A DNA stretch of 64,000 nt from NCBI GenBank assembly GCA_015494465.1, contig WGBD01000002.1, positions 67,683 through 131,682 on the forward strand. The letters run 5' to 3'. The stretch comes from Candidatus Omnitrophota bacterium. Its GTDB lineage: Bacteria > Omnitrophota > Gorgyraeia > S143-82. Made by a program: the position numbers and the translations under genes. This document shows, piece after piece, positions 51,363 through 61,027 of the stretch (position 1 is the first letter of the stretch; each line of letters starts with the position of its first letter). Under the pieces are notes generated by a model that saw nothing but the letters and a program-made list of their open reading frames with translations, was not told the DNA's origin and did not search any database.

Positions 51363-51842
51363 TCACACTATCAATACCGGGATGGTAAGGTAGTCCAAGA
51401 CCACGCTCAAGAGTTTATGAGGCGGTTGGAGGGCGGTGCGCTTCTTGGTCTCCCGCCCTATGACCACCATGTCTATCTGATACCTACGGGCAAAGTCCAG
51501 GACCACCTTCTCTAGATTGCCCTCTTCTTGTTCCAGAACGATCTTCACCCCTCTATCCTTTGCCCGCTCCTCTATGGCATAGAGGTACTTCCATCCGTCT
51601 TCGCTCAGTTCCACATAGGCCTCACTCTCGCTCTTTCCTAACAACTTCACCATGGCCTTGATGACATCCGGCGGGACGATATTCAAGGCTATTATGCGGG
51701 CAGACAAGGCCCCTGCGAGCTCTATGGCGACATCCCCTGCCCGAAAGGATTCCTCCGAACCCTTTACCAATAGCAATATGTTGTTGATCTTCTCGTCCAT
51801 GTTCAATATTCTACCACAGCTATTCCAGAAATACCGAGCCAA
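51363..51842 (-). CDS. Universal stress protein (UspA family)
   Basis: 159 aa with the Usp fold pattern ILLLVKGSEES...VVIGRETK. Confidence 0.7.
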   Translation of the reverse strand: MARYFWNSCGRILNMDEKINNILLLVKGSEESFRAGDVAIELAGALSARIIALNIVPPDVIKAMVKLLGKSESEAYVELSEDGWKYLYAIEERAKDRGVKIVLEQEEGNLEKVVLDFARRYQIDMVVIGRETKKRTALQPPHKLLSVVLDYLTIPVLIV

Positions 51843-52521
51843 TTCGAACGATGGTTGCCCCCTCCTCCACCGCTATCTCGAAGTCGTTGCTGGTGCCCAT
51901 AGACAACTCGGGAAGGGAAAACTCCTCTGCCAAGGAGCGTAATTGAGAGAAGACCCTGCGCAATAGATTCTCATCAGAGCTATAAGGGGCCATCGTCATC
52001 AAACCCACGCACTCCAGATGGGGACAATCCCTGCGAATGAAGTCTATGGCCTCTGCAAGTTCGCCTCTGGTGCGAAAACCCCACTTGCTGGCCTCTCCGC
52101 TGACATTTACCTCTAGGAGGCACCTCACCTTCAGACCATGCGCCTCCGCCCGCCTCTCTAACGCAGACACCAATCGCAACGAATCAACGGAATGTATCAA
52201 TTGAAAGGGAAGGGAGAGGAATTTATTTATCTTATTGCGTTGGAGGTGGCCTATAAAGTGCCACTCTATATCCAGATCGGCCAACTCGCTTATCTTCTTT
52301 TCTGCAGACTGGATGTGATTCTCGCCAAAACAGCGCAGGCCTATCTCGTAAAGGGTGCGCATAAAGGCGGTATCCATATACTTCGAAGCAACCACCACCT
52401 TCGGGAAATCCGTGCGACCTGCCCTCTCAAGGGCTCGCAAGATGCGACCCCTGACTTCTTCCCACCTCCGGGAAAGCCTCGCTTTCAAATCCATAGCCCT
52501 TAGGCAACAGGGGGCTGACAA
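51820..52521 (-). CDS. YggS-family PLP-binding (PLP homeostasis) protein
   Basis: VVASKY...GENHIQ and TMAP blocks. 233 aa. Confidence 0.8.
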   Translation of the reverse strand: MSAPCCLRAMDLKARLSRRWEEVRGRILRALERAGRTDFPKVVVASKYMDTAFMRTLYEIGLRCFGENHIQSAEKKISELADLDIEWHFIGHLQRNKINKFLSLPFQLIHSVDSLRLVSALERRAEAHGLKVRCLLEVNVSGEASKWGFRTRGELAEAIDFIRRDCPHLECVGLMTMAPYSSDENLLRRVFSQLRSLAEEFSLPELSMGTSNDFEIAVEEGATIVRIGSVFLE

Positions 52522-53534
52522 GAGTTTCTTATCACCAACTCGGTGTGAAGATAAACCTTGTGGGGAGTAACATGGGACATGTAAAGGTGTCTACCCTTCT
52601 TATTCTCTATGATCCGATGGAGTTCCTCCACCGCCTCCCGGGCCATCTCCAGTAAGGGCTGTTTTACGGTGGTAAGGGGAACAGGACTCTGGACAGCGGA
52701 AGGGCTGTCATCGAACCCCACTATAGAGACATCCCTGGGGACATTTATTCCGTGCTCCCGCAAGGTGTAGACGACTTCCAAGGCCATCTCGTCGCTGGCC
52801 ACGAATATGGCGGTCGGCCTATCCTTTAACCTCAAGAGTTTCTCGGTAGCCAACCTTGCAGATAACCTGGAGAAGTCCCCTTCTTGTATGTACTCTGGAC
52901 GCACCTCTATCCCTGCCTTCAACAGGGTCTCTTTGTATCCTGTTAACCTATCGCTTGCCGCCTGCGTGCGTAGATCTCCAGTGATGTGGGCGATCTTACG
53001 GTGTCCAAGGGAGATCAGGTATTCCACCGCTTCCCTGGCTCCGCCTCGGTTATCTATTGCAAAGCAGTCGACGGGAATGTCTTCCACGACATTGTTTATT
53101 ACCACCGTCGGGATGCGCCTCTCTACGGTGTGTTTTAAACACTCGTACTGGTAAAGGACATCTGCAAAGATGACTCCACCCGCAGCGATTGGCAGGTCGG
53201 TCCTCTCCCGCGTGGCCACATACAACAACAGGTCAAGACCAAGGGCATCGCAGGCCATACCCACTCCCCGCAATATCTCCACCGCGTAGAAGGAATAGAA
53301 TAATCCCTCGTAATGGGGAATCACCACTGCTATCGTCCTGGTCTTACCACCTGCAAGTCGCTGAGCGCTTATGTTGGGATAGTACTTAAGATCCTTTATC
53401 GCCTGCTCTACCTTTTTCCTGGTCTCAGGTCGGACATTAGGATGATTGTTTATGACTCGGGAAACCGTAGCGGGAGAGACCCCGGCATACTTTGCGACAT
53501 CGAATATGTTTACGGATCCTTTCATGGTGGGCAA
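52500..53534 (-). CDS. LacI-family transcriptional regulator
   Basis: N-terminal HTH IFDVAKYAGVSPATVSRVINN and a periplasmic-binding-protein-like effector domain. Confidence 0.85.
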   Translation of the reverse strand: MPTMKGSVNIFDVAKYAGVSPATVSRVINNHPNVRPETRKKVEQAIKDLKYYPNISAQRLAGGKTRTIAVVIPHYEGLFYSFYAVEILRGVGMACDALGLDLLLYVATRERTDLPIAAGGVIFADVLYQYECLKHTVERRIPTVVINNVVEDIPVDCFAIDNRGGAREAVEYLISLGHRKIAHITGDLRTQAASDRLTGYKETLLKAGIEVRPEYIQEGDFSRLSARLATEKLLRLKDRPTAIFVASDEMALEVVYTLREHGINVPRDVSIVGFDDSPSAVQSPVPLTTVKQPLLEMAREAVEELHRIIENKKGRHLYMSHVTPHKVYLHTELVIRNSCQPPVA

Positions 53535-53548
53535 CCAGGTTCGATAAT

Positions 53549-56500
53549 CTAATCCGTCAACAACGCATCTCCCTCGGGGTCTATTATAGATGCGGTGACG
53601 AAGATGAGCAAGTTCCTTCTGTTCACCACATCCGACTGCTTGCGGAAGAGATTACCCAAGATCGGCAGGTCTCCCAAGAGCGGGACCTTGGTAAGGGTCT
53701 TATTCCGGGTCTCCTTTATCAGGCCACCCAACACGACGGTATCCGTATTCTCCACTACCACATTGGTACTAAGATTCCTGGAAGTAAATTTCGGTAACTT
53801 AACTCCTCCGGTATATTGGAAGTAGTCCGCCACCGCATCACTGACCTCGGGAAGCAAGCTCAAGGAGATCGTCTTCATGTCTTCTCCCACACTCGGAGTA
53901 ACCCTCAAGATTATCCCCACATCCCGCTTCACGAAATCGGTGGGGACATTCTCGTACCGGGTCTCTCCGGCGTCGTCGTAATCCCCATCACCGTTGAGAT
54001 CAAACTGCACTATCTGGAATTCGTAGCGCGTGGGATAAATCCACTCGTCAACGACTTTTATCGTAGCGGTCTGGTTGTTAAGTGTGGTCACCCGAGGAGA
54101 GGAAAGCGTGCGCGTCTTTTGGCTCTGGCTTAAGGCGTGCAATACCGCCTCAAACTGGGGCTTGGTCAATACGCCTTTATAGGTCAGATTCAATCCCGAA
54201 GAGGCGTTACTAAATTCTGGATAGGAAAATCCACTATCCTTGGCTACACCGTGCTTGAAGTTGCTTCCTCGGGCATCTACCGCCCAGTCCTCGTTGGCGA
54301 TCTTCCAGTGAACACCCAGTTCCTTTAGGTCGTTAACATCTACCTCCAGGAACTTAGCCTCGATAAGGACCTGTACCGGCGTGATGTCCAAATTCCAGAG
54401 TATCTCGTCTATTTTCTTTATGTTTGCTGGGGTATTGGTCACTATGAGGGTACCACTGCGCTCGTCCAGGACGAGTTTGCTCCCCGAAGGCCAATCTACT
54501 GCCTCCTGTATTACATCCTTAAGGCTCTTCACCTCGCTGACCTGGGCGCCACTGCCCAACTCTACACTGCCTGCGGTGGTGTCACTAAACTTGCTGTAGA
54601 GTCCTATCCCCTTGCTGAGCCGATATATCTTCGTCTCCATCGGCTCCTTCTCCAGTTGATCAGGCGTAGTAATCCAAACCGCATCGTCGTCTATCTGATA
54701 GGTAAGATTGTAAGAGCGCAAGAGGTACTTAAGGGCCGACTCCAATGGCATGTCGGCAATGTCTATCGTCACCTTGTAATCCTGAGATAGCACGGATGCG
54801 GATGGGATGATGTTTACACCGGTCTGCTTGGCAAAGAACCTCAAGACATCGATCAAGGAAACATCTTCGAATTTAGCAGTGATCTTCTGTTGGAGTTTCT
54901 TCTTGATAGGCGGAAGATTTATCAAACGGCGTCGCTGAGTCTTCTTCCTCTTTTTGATTTCAACTGGCACGAGGCCATTCTTCATTACCTCCTTCACCAT
55001 CTTCTTGTCCTGCTCTTCTAATTTTTCTTGGAGCTCGCGCTTCTCTTGGGCATACAATTTCTCTTTCAAGGCAAACAGCCGTGTCTTCGCCTTCTCGTCG
55101 TTGGGGAAGAGGAAGAGTATGTTTTCGTAGACCGCTATCGCGGACTTGTACTTACCCGCCTTCTCAAAGGTCTCTGCATCGTCGTACAGTTTCTCTACAA
55201 TCTTGTTCTTTAATTCTTCGGTCTCCTTCTGGCGGTTTAGTTCCTGGATCTCCTTCTCCCTTTCCTTGATGAGATCCAAGTATTCCCGGGCATAGGGCGT
55301 ATAGTAAGAGACCTTCAACTCCTTTTCCTTTGCACACACCTTCTGGAAGAGCTCCCTTGCCTTGAAGTAGTCTCCTTCGTCGTAGGCCTGCTTGGCAGAC
55401 TCGTACAGCTTCCGCACATCCTCAGTGCTTTCCTGAGCAGATACTCTGGCATCTAGTAATTTCTTCTCCCTTTCCAATATGCCCTTGGCCTTTTCCACGA
55501 GCCTTACTGCCTCTTTATTGTCAGGATCTATGTCTACCACCTTCTGGGCCAGCTCTAACACCCGTGAGTAATCTCCCTCGTAAAGGGCCTTCTTGGCCTC
55601 CTCCAACATACCCGAGATGAGCTTCTTCTTCTCCCGGGCATCCTTTGCCACCTTATCGTTGCTGGCCAGCCTTAAGGAACTCAACTTCTTGTCGATCCAC
55701 TCCCTTCGCTTGGCCTTCTCTTTCTCGATCCGCCTGGCCAGGCGCTCCGCCCTCTTCTCCAAGCTGGACAATCTCTTCTTCGCTTTACGAGAAAGCGGGG
55801 AAGAGGAAAGTTTCGCCAATTCCTCCTCCAGGACGGAGAACTTAGACCAGTCCTTCTCTGCAAGTCCTAATAAGTGCTCCAAGGAATCTAGCTTCTTTTC
55901 CTCTTCCTCTTCTTGTTGGGCCTTTGCCAACAACCAAAGCTCCCGATCCAAGGCCTTTTCCAATTGGCTCAACCCCTTACTCATCAACGCAGAGCGAGCA
56001 AAGACCTCCTCTTCTAACCCCTTAAGGGTCCTCTCTCTGGCCCGGGCTATCCTCCTCTCCCTTTCCGCTTTCTCCCTTGCCAGGCGCTCCAACTCCTGGG
56101 CCCGTTTCCTTATGGCTATCCTCTTCCACTTGCGCGCCGGGCGATTATCGGGATCCAACTTAAACACCTCTTTCACCAATCCCAAGGCCCTCTCGTAATC
56201 CCCTCCGTCAACCGCACCTCTTATCGAGGCAATCAATCCCGATATCATCGCCTTCTTCTCTTCTTCCGCCTTTCTCTCCAGCCACTGCTCCAGTTTCCTC
56301 TCTAGCAGTTCCGACTGCCTACGCAGGGTCTCGGCCTTCTCCCTGACCGCCCTTTTCTGGGCCTTTAAGGTCCAATCGTGGAGTCTGGCCAAGCGCCTCA
56401 ATTCTCGCTCTCGGCGACGCTTCTCGCGAATCAACTCCCTCTTCTCCTTTCGCTGAGAGGCAGTCTTCGTTGAACGGGCCACCTTGGTCGCAGAAGGGGT

Positions 56501-59500
56501 CTTTTCACTCCTAGCCTTAACCGCGCGCCTCTCCTCTTTGGGAGGTTGGACCTCCGCCTCCTTGGGTTCCGGCCTTTTGGCCACCTTTTCGGTGGGCCCC
56601 CTCTTCTCCACCTCTTTAGACAAAGATCCCTCCTGGGCAGGGACTCCTTTGGTTTTCTCCTGTCTCTTCTCTATCTCTTCCTGCATCAGGAGGATGAGGT
56701 CCAAGAGGTCCCTTGCGGGCTGATTCGTAGGATCGTACTCTAGGACCTTCTGACAAAGGGCAATGGCCCTGTCGAACCTCTGCTCGTCCATAAGCCTGCG
56801 GGCCTGCAACAGCATGCTGTTTATGTCTGCCTTGATCAAGCGAGCGCTTTGAGTATATCCCAAGCGCTGGTGTCTTACTTCCTGCAGGGCAGAGTAGGCC
56901 TTACGCCTCTTGGCGGCCTCTTCTTCTATCTGACGAAGGAGGCTCTTGCGCCTGAGTATCTCGCTCTGCCACCTGGCCTTTGCCCTACGATAAAGCTCCC
57001 ACAGCTGTCGATTCTTGGAGTCGAGTTTGAGGCCCTCCTTGGCCAACTTCACTGCGCTCTCGTAGTCCCCCGCCTCAAGGGCCTTTATTCCCCTTTCCAG
57101 CTTCAGGTCCGCATAATAAAGGGCCTCCGCCTTCTCGATCTGCCTCAAGAACTCCTTAGCCTGCTCGTTCTTGGGATCTATGTTCTTAAGGATGTCTTTC
57201 ACCACTATCTTCGCGCTCAAGAAGTCACCGCTTTCCAAGTATATCCTCGCGGTCTTGAGGGCCTGCCGGACCTTGAAAAACTTCAATCGCCGGTCCAGTT
57301 CTTCCATTACCTTTCGGACCTCTTTCTTTCTACCAGGAGCTATGGCCTTGGCTAACTCCAATTCCTTCCTAGCGGTCTCGAAATCGTAGACCTTGAGGGC
57401 GCTCCGGGCCAGTTCCAGGTGTTTGTAGAAATCCCGCTCTTTCTCCTTCCTCACCAACTCCTTAAACAGCCTCTTGACCCGGGATTGATACTCTTTAGGA
57501 GCGTTCTTCAAGGCCTCCAAAAGATTGCGAGCGGAGACTAGATCCGCCTCGTCCAGGTAGCGAGATACCATCTTAAGCGCAGTCTCGTAATAATCCTTGC
57601 GGTACGCCTCCTGGGCCGAATCTATGGCTCGATCCAACCTAGGATCCACTCGAAGGCCTTCTGCCCTCTTGCGCACCTCCTTTTCTAGCTGGGACAAGGT
57701 CCATCGATGTATCTGGGACAACCGCCTCTCTTCCTTCTCAACATCCTTTAGTCTGGTGCGAATCTTGTCCACCCAATCCCTAAACCTGGATTCGTTAGGA
57801 AAGTCCTGCCTAGCCTTGGTAGCTATCCTAAGGGCCTCCCGCAGGGAATCTGCGTCTCCCTTCTTCCAAAGCTTCTGGATCCTATCCAGGTAGGGCTTGG
57901 CCAACAAAAAGGATATCTCTCTCCGCAAGCTCAAGAGGTCCTGCTTTTTTTCCGGGTAAGAGCGAATAAGCCGGTCCAGTTCTTCCTTCGCTAGGAGGTA
58001 CTCCTTGTTCTCGATGTACCCATTGACCTTCTCCACAGCCTCAGCGAAGGCCTTCTCTCTCTTGGCCTTCCGCACCCGGGAGAGGTAATCCGCTATCTCT
58101 CTATCCTCGGGATAGAGACGGATAAGACGCACCAACGACTCCTCGGCCTTCTCCAGGTTGCCCTCGTCTATCAACTTCTTTACCTCTGCGAGCTTGCCCT
58201 CTATGTACTCCCGCTGACGCCTCTTGGCTTCCTGCTCTAATCTGGCCATAGACTCTTTGACCCTCTGAGAATAATCCGGTAGGGGAGGGAGGGTCTCCTT
58301 CTCGACCGGTGAGATCTTGGACTCAGATCCTGGAGAGCCCCCTTCCTGGGAGACCGTCTCTTCCTCTTTCGCCTTCAGATCCCTGTCCACCAAGGCCAGT
58401 TTCTTGAGCTCCTTGGCAGGCTTAAAACCAGGATCCAAGGCCAGGACCTTCTCGCAGAGGGAGATCGCCTGATCGTAGTCCCCAGAAAAGTAGGCATCCT
58501 GGGCCTTAAAGAATAGATCCAACCTCTTCCTTTTCTTCTCCTCCTCCAACCTTAGCCTGGCCTCTTCCTCCTTAAGCCTTTGCCTGGCCTCCGCAAGCAA
58601 GACCTCCGCCTGTCGGGCGTACTTTCCCCCCAACTTATCCAGATCTATCACCTGAGAAAGATACGAAATCGCGGATCGGTAATTCCCGCGCCTGAGCTCC
58701 TTCTTGCCCTTGGCCAACAGCCTCTTTATCTTGCGATAATCCACCCTCTTAGAGGGCTCGAGGGTTTTGCTTACATGCCTTGGTTCTCCCTCCGAGGCAG
58801 GTCCCACAGGGCTTCCTTCCTCTACCGCTGGAACGGAAGGTTTATTGGACTCCACCACCCTCTGGACCTCTTTGGCCAAACCACTCTGAGATAGGGTCTC
58901 ACTCTTAAGTCTCTCTTCTATCTGCTTGAGCTCTTCTTCTAAAGATTCCCGCAGTTTCAGCTCCTGGAGTAACTTCTGCCTCAGACGCCTCTCCTCTTCC
59001 GTCAATTCCTCCTCGCGGGTATTCAGATCCAGCACCTTATCCCAGGAGATCTCCTCCCCTGTGCGAGTAGAAAAGGAGACCGCCAACCTTCTCTCCAGTA
59101 AGAAGATCTCCTCGTTTATTCGGGCCAGCTCGGACTGAAGTCGCAACCTCTCCGCAGAGAGCTTATCCACCAGGGCACTTTGGTCCTTTATCCTCTCCTC
59201 TAACTCCCGGACGCGACGCTCTTTCTCCTCCAAGTACTTCTTGAGCAGGGCATCCTCACGGGCCTTTATGTTGGAAAGGGTCTGGAAGTAATCCAAGAGC
59301 TGATTCTGCAGGGCCAAGAGGGCACCTTTCAACTTGGTAGTCAGCAACTGCGGATCCGTTATGCCAAGCTCCTCACTGCTTTTCCCCTCTTCAACGACGG
59401 GAACCTCAACAGGCCGTTCCAACTTTGCCCGGGCCCGTTCTAGGTACCTACGAGCGTATTGATGATTGGGCACATACTTCAACACCTCTTCGAAGAGCCG

Positions 59501-59839
59501 GACTGCCTCTTCGTAATCCCCTCTCAGAAACGCAGACTTTGCCTTGGTGTACAAATCCTCTATCTGGGGAGTGGAAGAGGCCAATGAGGACTTGGCCATA
59601 GCAACCTCTATTTCCGACAGATAGCGCTTGGCCTCGTTATTGTTGGGATTCTCTTTCAAGGCGAGTTCGAATAAGGCCTTTGCCCGTACCAAGTCCCCTC
59701 GGTTAAAGTAGTCCTTGGCTTTAGATAGATACTCCTGCTCCTGAGATGACAACCGGGTCTCGGTGGCCTGTAATCGGTAGGGAAAAGAGACGAAAAGGGC
59801 CGAAAACAAGAGGAGAGGAATTAAGGACCTAATCTTCAC
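53549..59839 (-). CDS. pilQ: Giant (2096 aa) secretin. A signal peptide is followed by ~1650 aa of TPR-like repeats interleaved with highly charged coiled coil, then an N0-N1-secretin (PilQ/GspD-type) C-terminal module.
   Basis: C-terminal secretin signature VVLGGLIKETRNKTLTKVPLLGDLPILGNLFRKQSDVVNRRNLLIFVTASII. N0-like DVLRFFAKQTGVNIIPSASV...ALKYLLRSYNLTY. At least 12 TPR-like units of pattern A..Y..GDY..A...F..VL.LDP.N..A. It lies directly downstream of the pilMN/O/P genes. Confidence 0.8.
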   Translation of the reverse strand: MKIRSLIPLLLFSALFVSFPYRLQATETRLSSQEQEYLSKAKDYFNRGDLVRAKALFELALKENPNNNEAKRYLSEIEVAMAKSSLASSTPQIEDLYTKAKSAFLRGDYEEAVRLFEEVLKYVPNHQYARRYLERARAKLERPVEVPVVEEGKSSEELGITDPQLLTTKLKGALLALQNQLLDYFQTLSNIKAREDALLKKYLEEKERRVRELEERIKDQSALVDKLSAERLRLQSELARINEEIFLLERRLAVSFSTRTGEEISWDKVLDLNTREEELTEEERRLRQKLLQELKLRESLEEELKQIEERLKSETLSQSGLAKEVQRVVESNKPSVPAVEEGSPVGPASEGEPRHVSKTLEPSKRVDYRKIKRLLAKGKKELRRGNYRSAISYLSQVIDLDKLGGKYARQAEVLLAEARQRLKEEEARLRLEEEKKRKRLDLFFKAQDAYFSGDYDQAISLCEKVLALDPGFKPAKELKKLALVDRDLKAKEEETVSQEGGSPGSESKISPVEKETLPPLPDYSQRVKESMARLEQEAKRRQREYIEGKLAEVKKLIDEGNLEKAEESLVRLIRLYPEDREIADYLSRVRKAKREKAFAEAVEKVNGYIENKEYLLAKEELDRLIRSYPEKKQDLLSLRREISFLLAKPYLDRIQKLWKKGDADSLREALRIATKARQDFPNESRFRDWVDKIRTRLKDVEKEERRLSQIHRWTLSQLEKEVRKRAEGLRVDPRLDRAIDSAQEAYRKDYYETALKMVSRYLDEADLVSARNLLEALKNAPKEYQSRVKRLFKELVRKEKERDFYKHLELARSALKVYDFETARKELELAKAIAPGRKKEVRKVMEELDRRLKFFKVRQALKTARIYLESGDFLSAKIVVKDILKNIDPKNEQAKEFLRQIEKAEALYYADLKLERGIKALEAGDYESAVKLAKEGLKLDSKNRQLWELYRRAKARWQSEILRRKSLLRQIEEEAAKRRKAYSALQEVRHQRLGYTQSARLIKADINSMLLQARRLMDEQRFDRAIALCQKVLEYDPTNQPARDLLDLILLMQEEIEKRQEKTKGVPAQEGSLSKEVEKRGPTEKVAKRPEPKEAEVQPPKEERRAVKARSEKTPSATKVARSTKTASQRKEKRELIREKRRRERELRRLARLHDWTLKAQKRAVREKAETLRRQSELLERKLEQWLERKAEEEKKAMISGLIASIRGAVDGGDYERALGLVKEVFKLDPDNRPARKWKRIAIRKRAQELERLAREKAERERRIARARERTLKGLEEEVFARSALMSKGLSQLEKALDRELWLLAKAQQEEEEEKKLDSLEHLLGLAEKDWSKFSVLEEELAKLSSSPLSRKAKKRLSSLEKRAERLARRIEKEKAKRREWIDKKLSSLRLASNDKVAKDAREKKKLISGMLEEAKKALYEGDYSRVLELAQKVVDIDPDNKEAVRLVEKAKGILEREKKLLDARVSAQESTEDVRKLYESAKQAYDEGDYFKARELFQKVCAKEKELKVSYYTPYAREYLDLIKEREKEIQELNRQKETEELKNKIVEKLYDDAETFEKAGKYKSAIAVYENILFLFPNDEKAKTRLFALKEKLYAQEKRELQEKLEEQDKKMVKEVMKNGLVPVEIKKRKKTQRRRLINLPPIKKKLQQKITAKFEDVSLIDVLRFFAKQTGVNIIPSASVLSQDYKVTIDIADMPLESALKYLLRSYNLTYQIDDDAVWITTPDQLEKEPMETKIYRLSKGIGLYSKFSDTTAGSVELGSGAQVSEVKSLKDVIQEAVDWPSGSKLVLDERSGTLIVTNTPANIKKIDEILWNLDITPVQVLIEAKFLEVDVNDLKELGVHWKIANEDWAVDARGSNFKHGVAKDSGFSYPEFSNASSGLNLTYKGVLTKPQFEAVLHALSQSQKTRTLSSPRVTTLNNQTATIKVVDEWIYPTRYEFQIVQFDLNGDGDYDDAGETRYENVPTDFVKRDVGIILRVTPSVGEDMKTISLSLLPEVSDAVADYFQYTGGVKLPKFTSRNLSTNVVVENTDTVVLGGLIKETRNKTLTKVPLLGDLPILGNLFRKQSDVVNRRNLLIFVTASIIDPEGDALLTD

Positions 59840-60344
59840 CTAAACCCCCCGCTTTTTTTAATGTAATTAAAGACAGTCCCCCTTTTTTAGATAATACAAC
59901 CGCATCTTCCGTGATGTCAAGGAGCTTATATCCCCCGATAAATTCCCCTAATTTCAGAAAGTGATCCTTTTTATCTTCACTGGAGTATATGATGGCTATC
60001 TTTTCCTCACCCCAAATCATCATCCCTTTATAAGAGAACGGCAGGGATGCCTGTTTGTGCACCTGCTTCACCTCCTCGTCTACGGCCATTGAGACATTTA
60101 CCTCCAGAGCTGGTGGGAAAAACGGTTCCCTTTTGGGAAGCCGGAACAACGCCTCGTCTAGACGGGGCAGGGAATACTCGCCGGGTTCATAGGCGCAGTT
60201 GAACTCCACCTGGGGTAGGGGCAGACGAGCAGAGTGCCACACCAAGATCCCCAATCCCAAAACGATCAAGAACTCTACCAAGAATAAACTATTGATCAAT
60301 GTCCGGGACTGCATTTCCTCTTTCTCCCCCTTGTCCCCCACCAA
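59829..60344 (-). CDS. pilP: PilP-like pilus assembly protein (single N-terminal TM/anchor plus C-terminal beta domain)
   Basis: C-terminal YKGMMIWGEEKIAIIYSSEDKKDHFLKLGEFIGGYKLLDITEDAVVL resembles the PilP/GspC HR domain. Position is between pilO-like and pilQ. Confidence 0.5.
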   Translation of the reverse strand: MVGDKGEKEEMQSRTLINSLFLVEFLIVLGLGILVWHSARLPLPQVEFNCAYEPGEYSLPRLDEALFRLPKREPFFPPALEVNVSMAVDEEVKQVHKQASLPFSYKGMMIWGEEKIAIIYSSEDKKDHFLKLGEFIGGYKLLDITEDAVVLSKKGGLSLITLKKAGGLGED

Positions 60345-61023
60345 GATCGTAATAAGGTAAAAACCGCATCTTTACCAACAGCAACCGGGCCTCCTCGTCT
60401 TGGGAAGTAATATCTTCGGAATCGATTGGGAAGACAGGATCCTTAAGAAGCTCTTTGTAGACATCCATCAGGGCCGCCATCGGCAAAACCATATCCAATT
60501 CCAAGGGATAGCGATCCTCACTCGACAGGCCCATCCGCACATTGGAAAGGTAGCCACCTCCTGCGTACAAAGCTGGTAAGATCCTTTCCATGAGTTTTAA
60601 GTGGTAAAAGAGGTAAACTATGTCTTGATTTTCCGGCAGTTGATCTGGGAATCCCAGGTTTTCGGGAATAGGTTGACCGGGATACCTTCCTTTTACGCCC
60701 TTCTCCAAGTCCTTTACCTTCTCCATAAGGGTTAGGGCAGGAGACTGATACCCCTCAATCTCCTTTTTTAATCTCTGAAGGACACCTACCCTGCGCTTAC
60801 ACTGCTCTATGGCAGAGCCTAGCTGGCGGAGATCCGCACGCATCCTAGAGGTAATGTCCTGGGGCGCACAGCCCCGAAGCTCTTCCTTTATCTGGTATAC
60901 CTCAGTAAGGAGCCTGGAGAAAGCTTCCCGTTTCTGGGTATAAAAAAACCACTCCAGACCAACCAACAAGATCAACGAGGCCAAGACTGCGTGCAATGGC
61001 CAGAAAACCCGAGTATTCACCAC
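60289..61023 (-). CDS. pilO: PilO-like inner-membrane pilus alignment protein (TM plus coiled coil plus periplasmic domain)
   Basis: N-terminal TM (FWPLHAVLASLILLVGL), a coiled-coil segment, then an alpha/beta domain. Operon position supports the call. Confidence 0.45.
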   Translation of the reverse strand: MVNTRVFWPLHAVLASLILLVGLEWFFYTQKREAFSRLLTEVYQIKEELRGCAPQDITSRMRADLRQLGSAIEQCKRRVGVLQRLKKEIEGYQSPALTLMEKVKDLEKGVKGRYPGQPIPENLGFPDQLPENQDIVYLFYHLKLMERILPALYAGGGYLSNVRMGLSSEDRYPLELDMVLPMAALMDVYKELLKDPVFPIDSEDITSQDEEARLLLVKMRFLPYYDLGGGQGGERGNAVPDIDQ

Positions 61024-61027
61024 CAGC

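Noticed and set aside
55593-56198. 201-aa Ser/Phe/Leu-rich plus-strand ORF inside the giant secretin gene
   Set aside because: It is the complement of the E/K/R-rich coiled-coil coding region. Its composition is the mirror image of the sense strand, and it has no start context.
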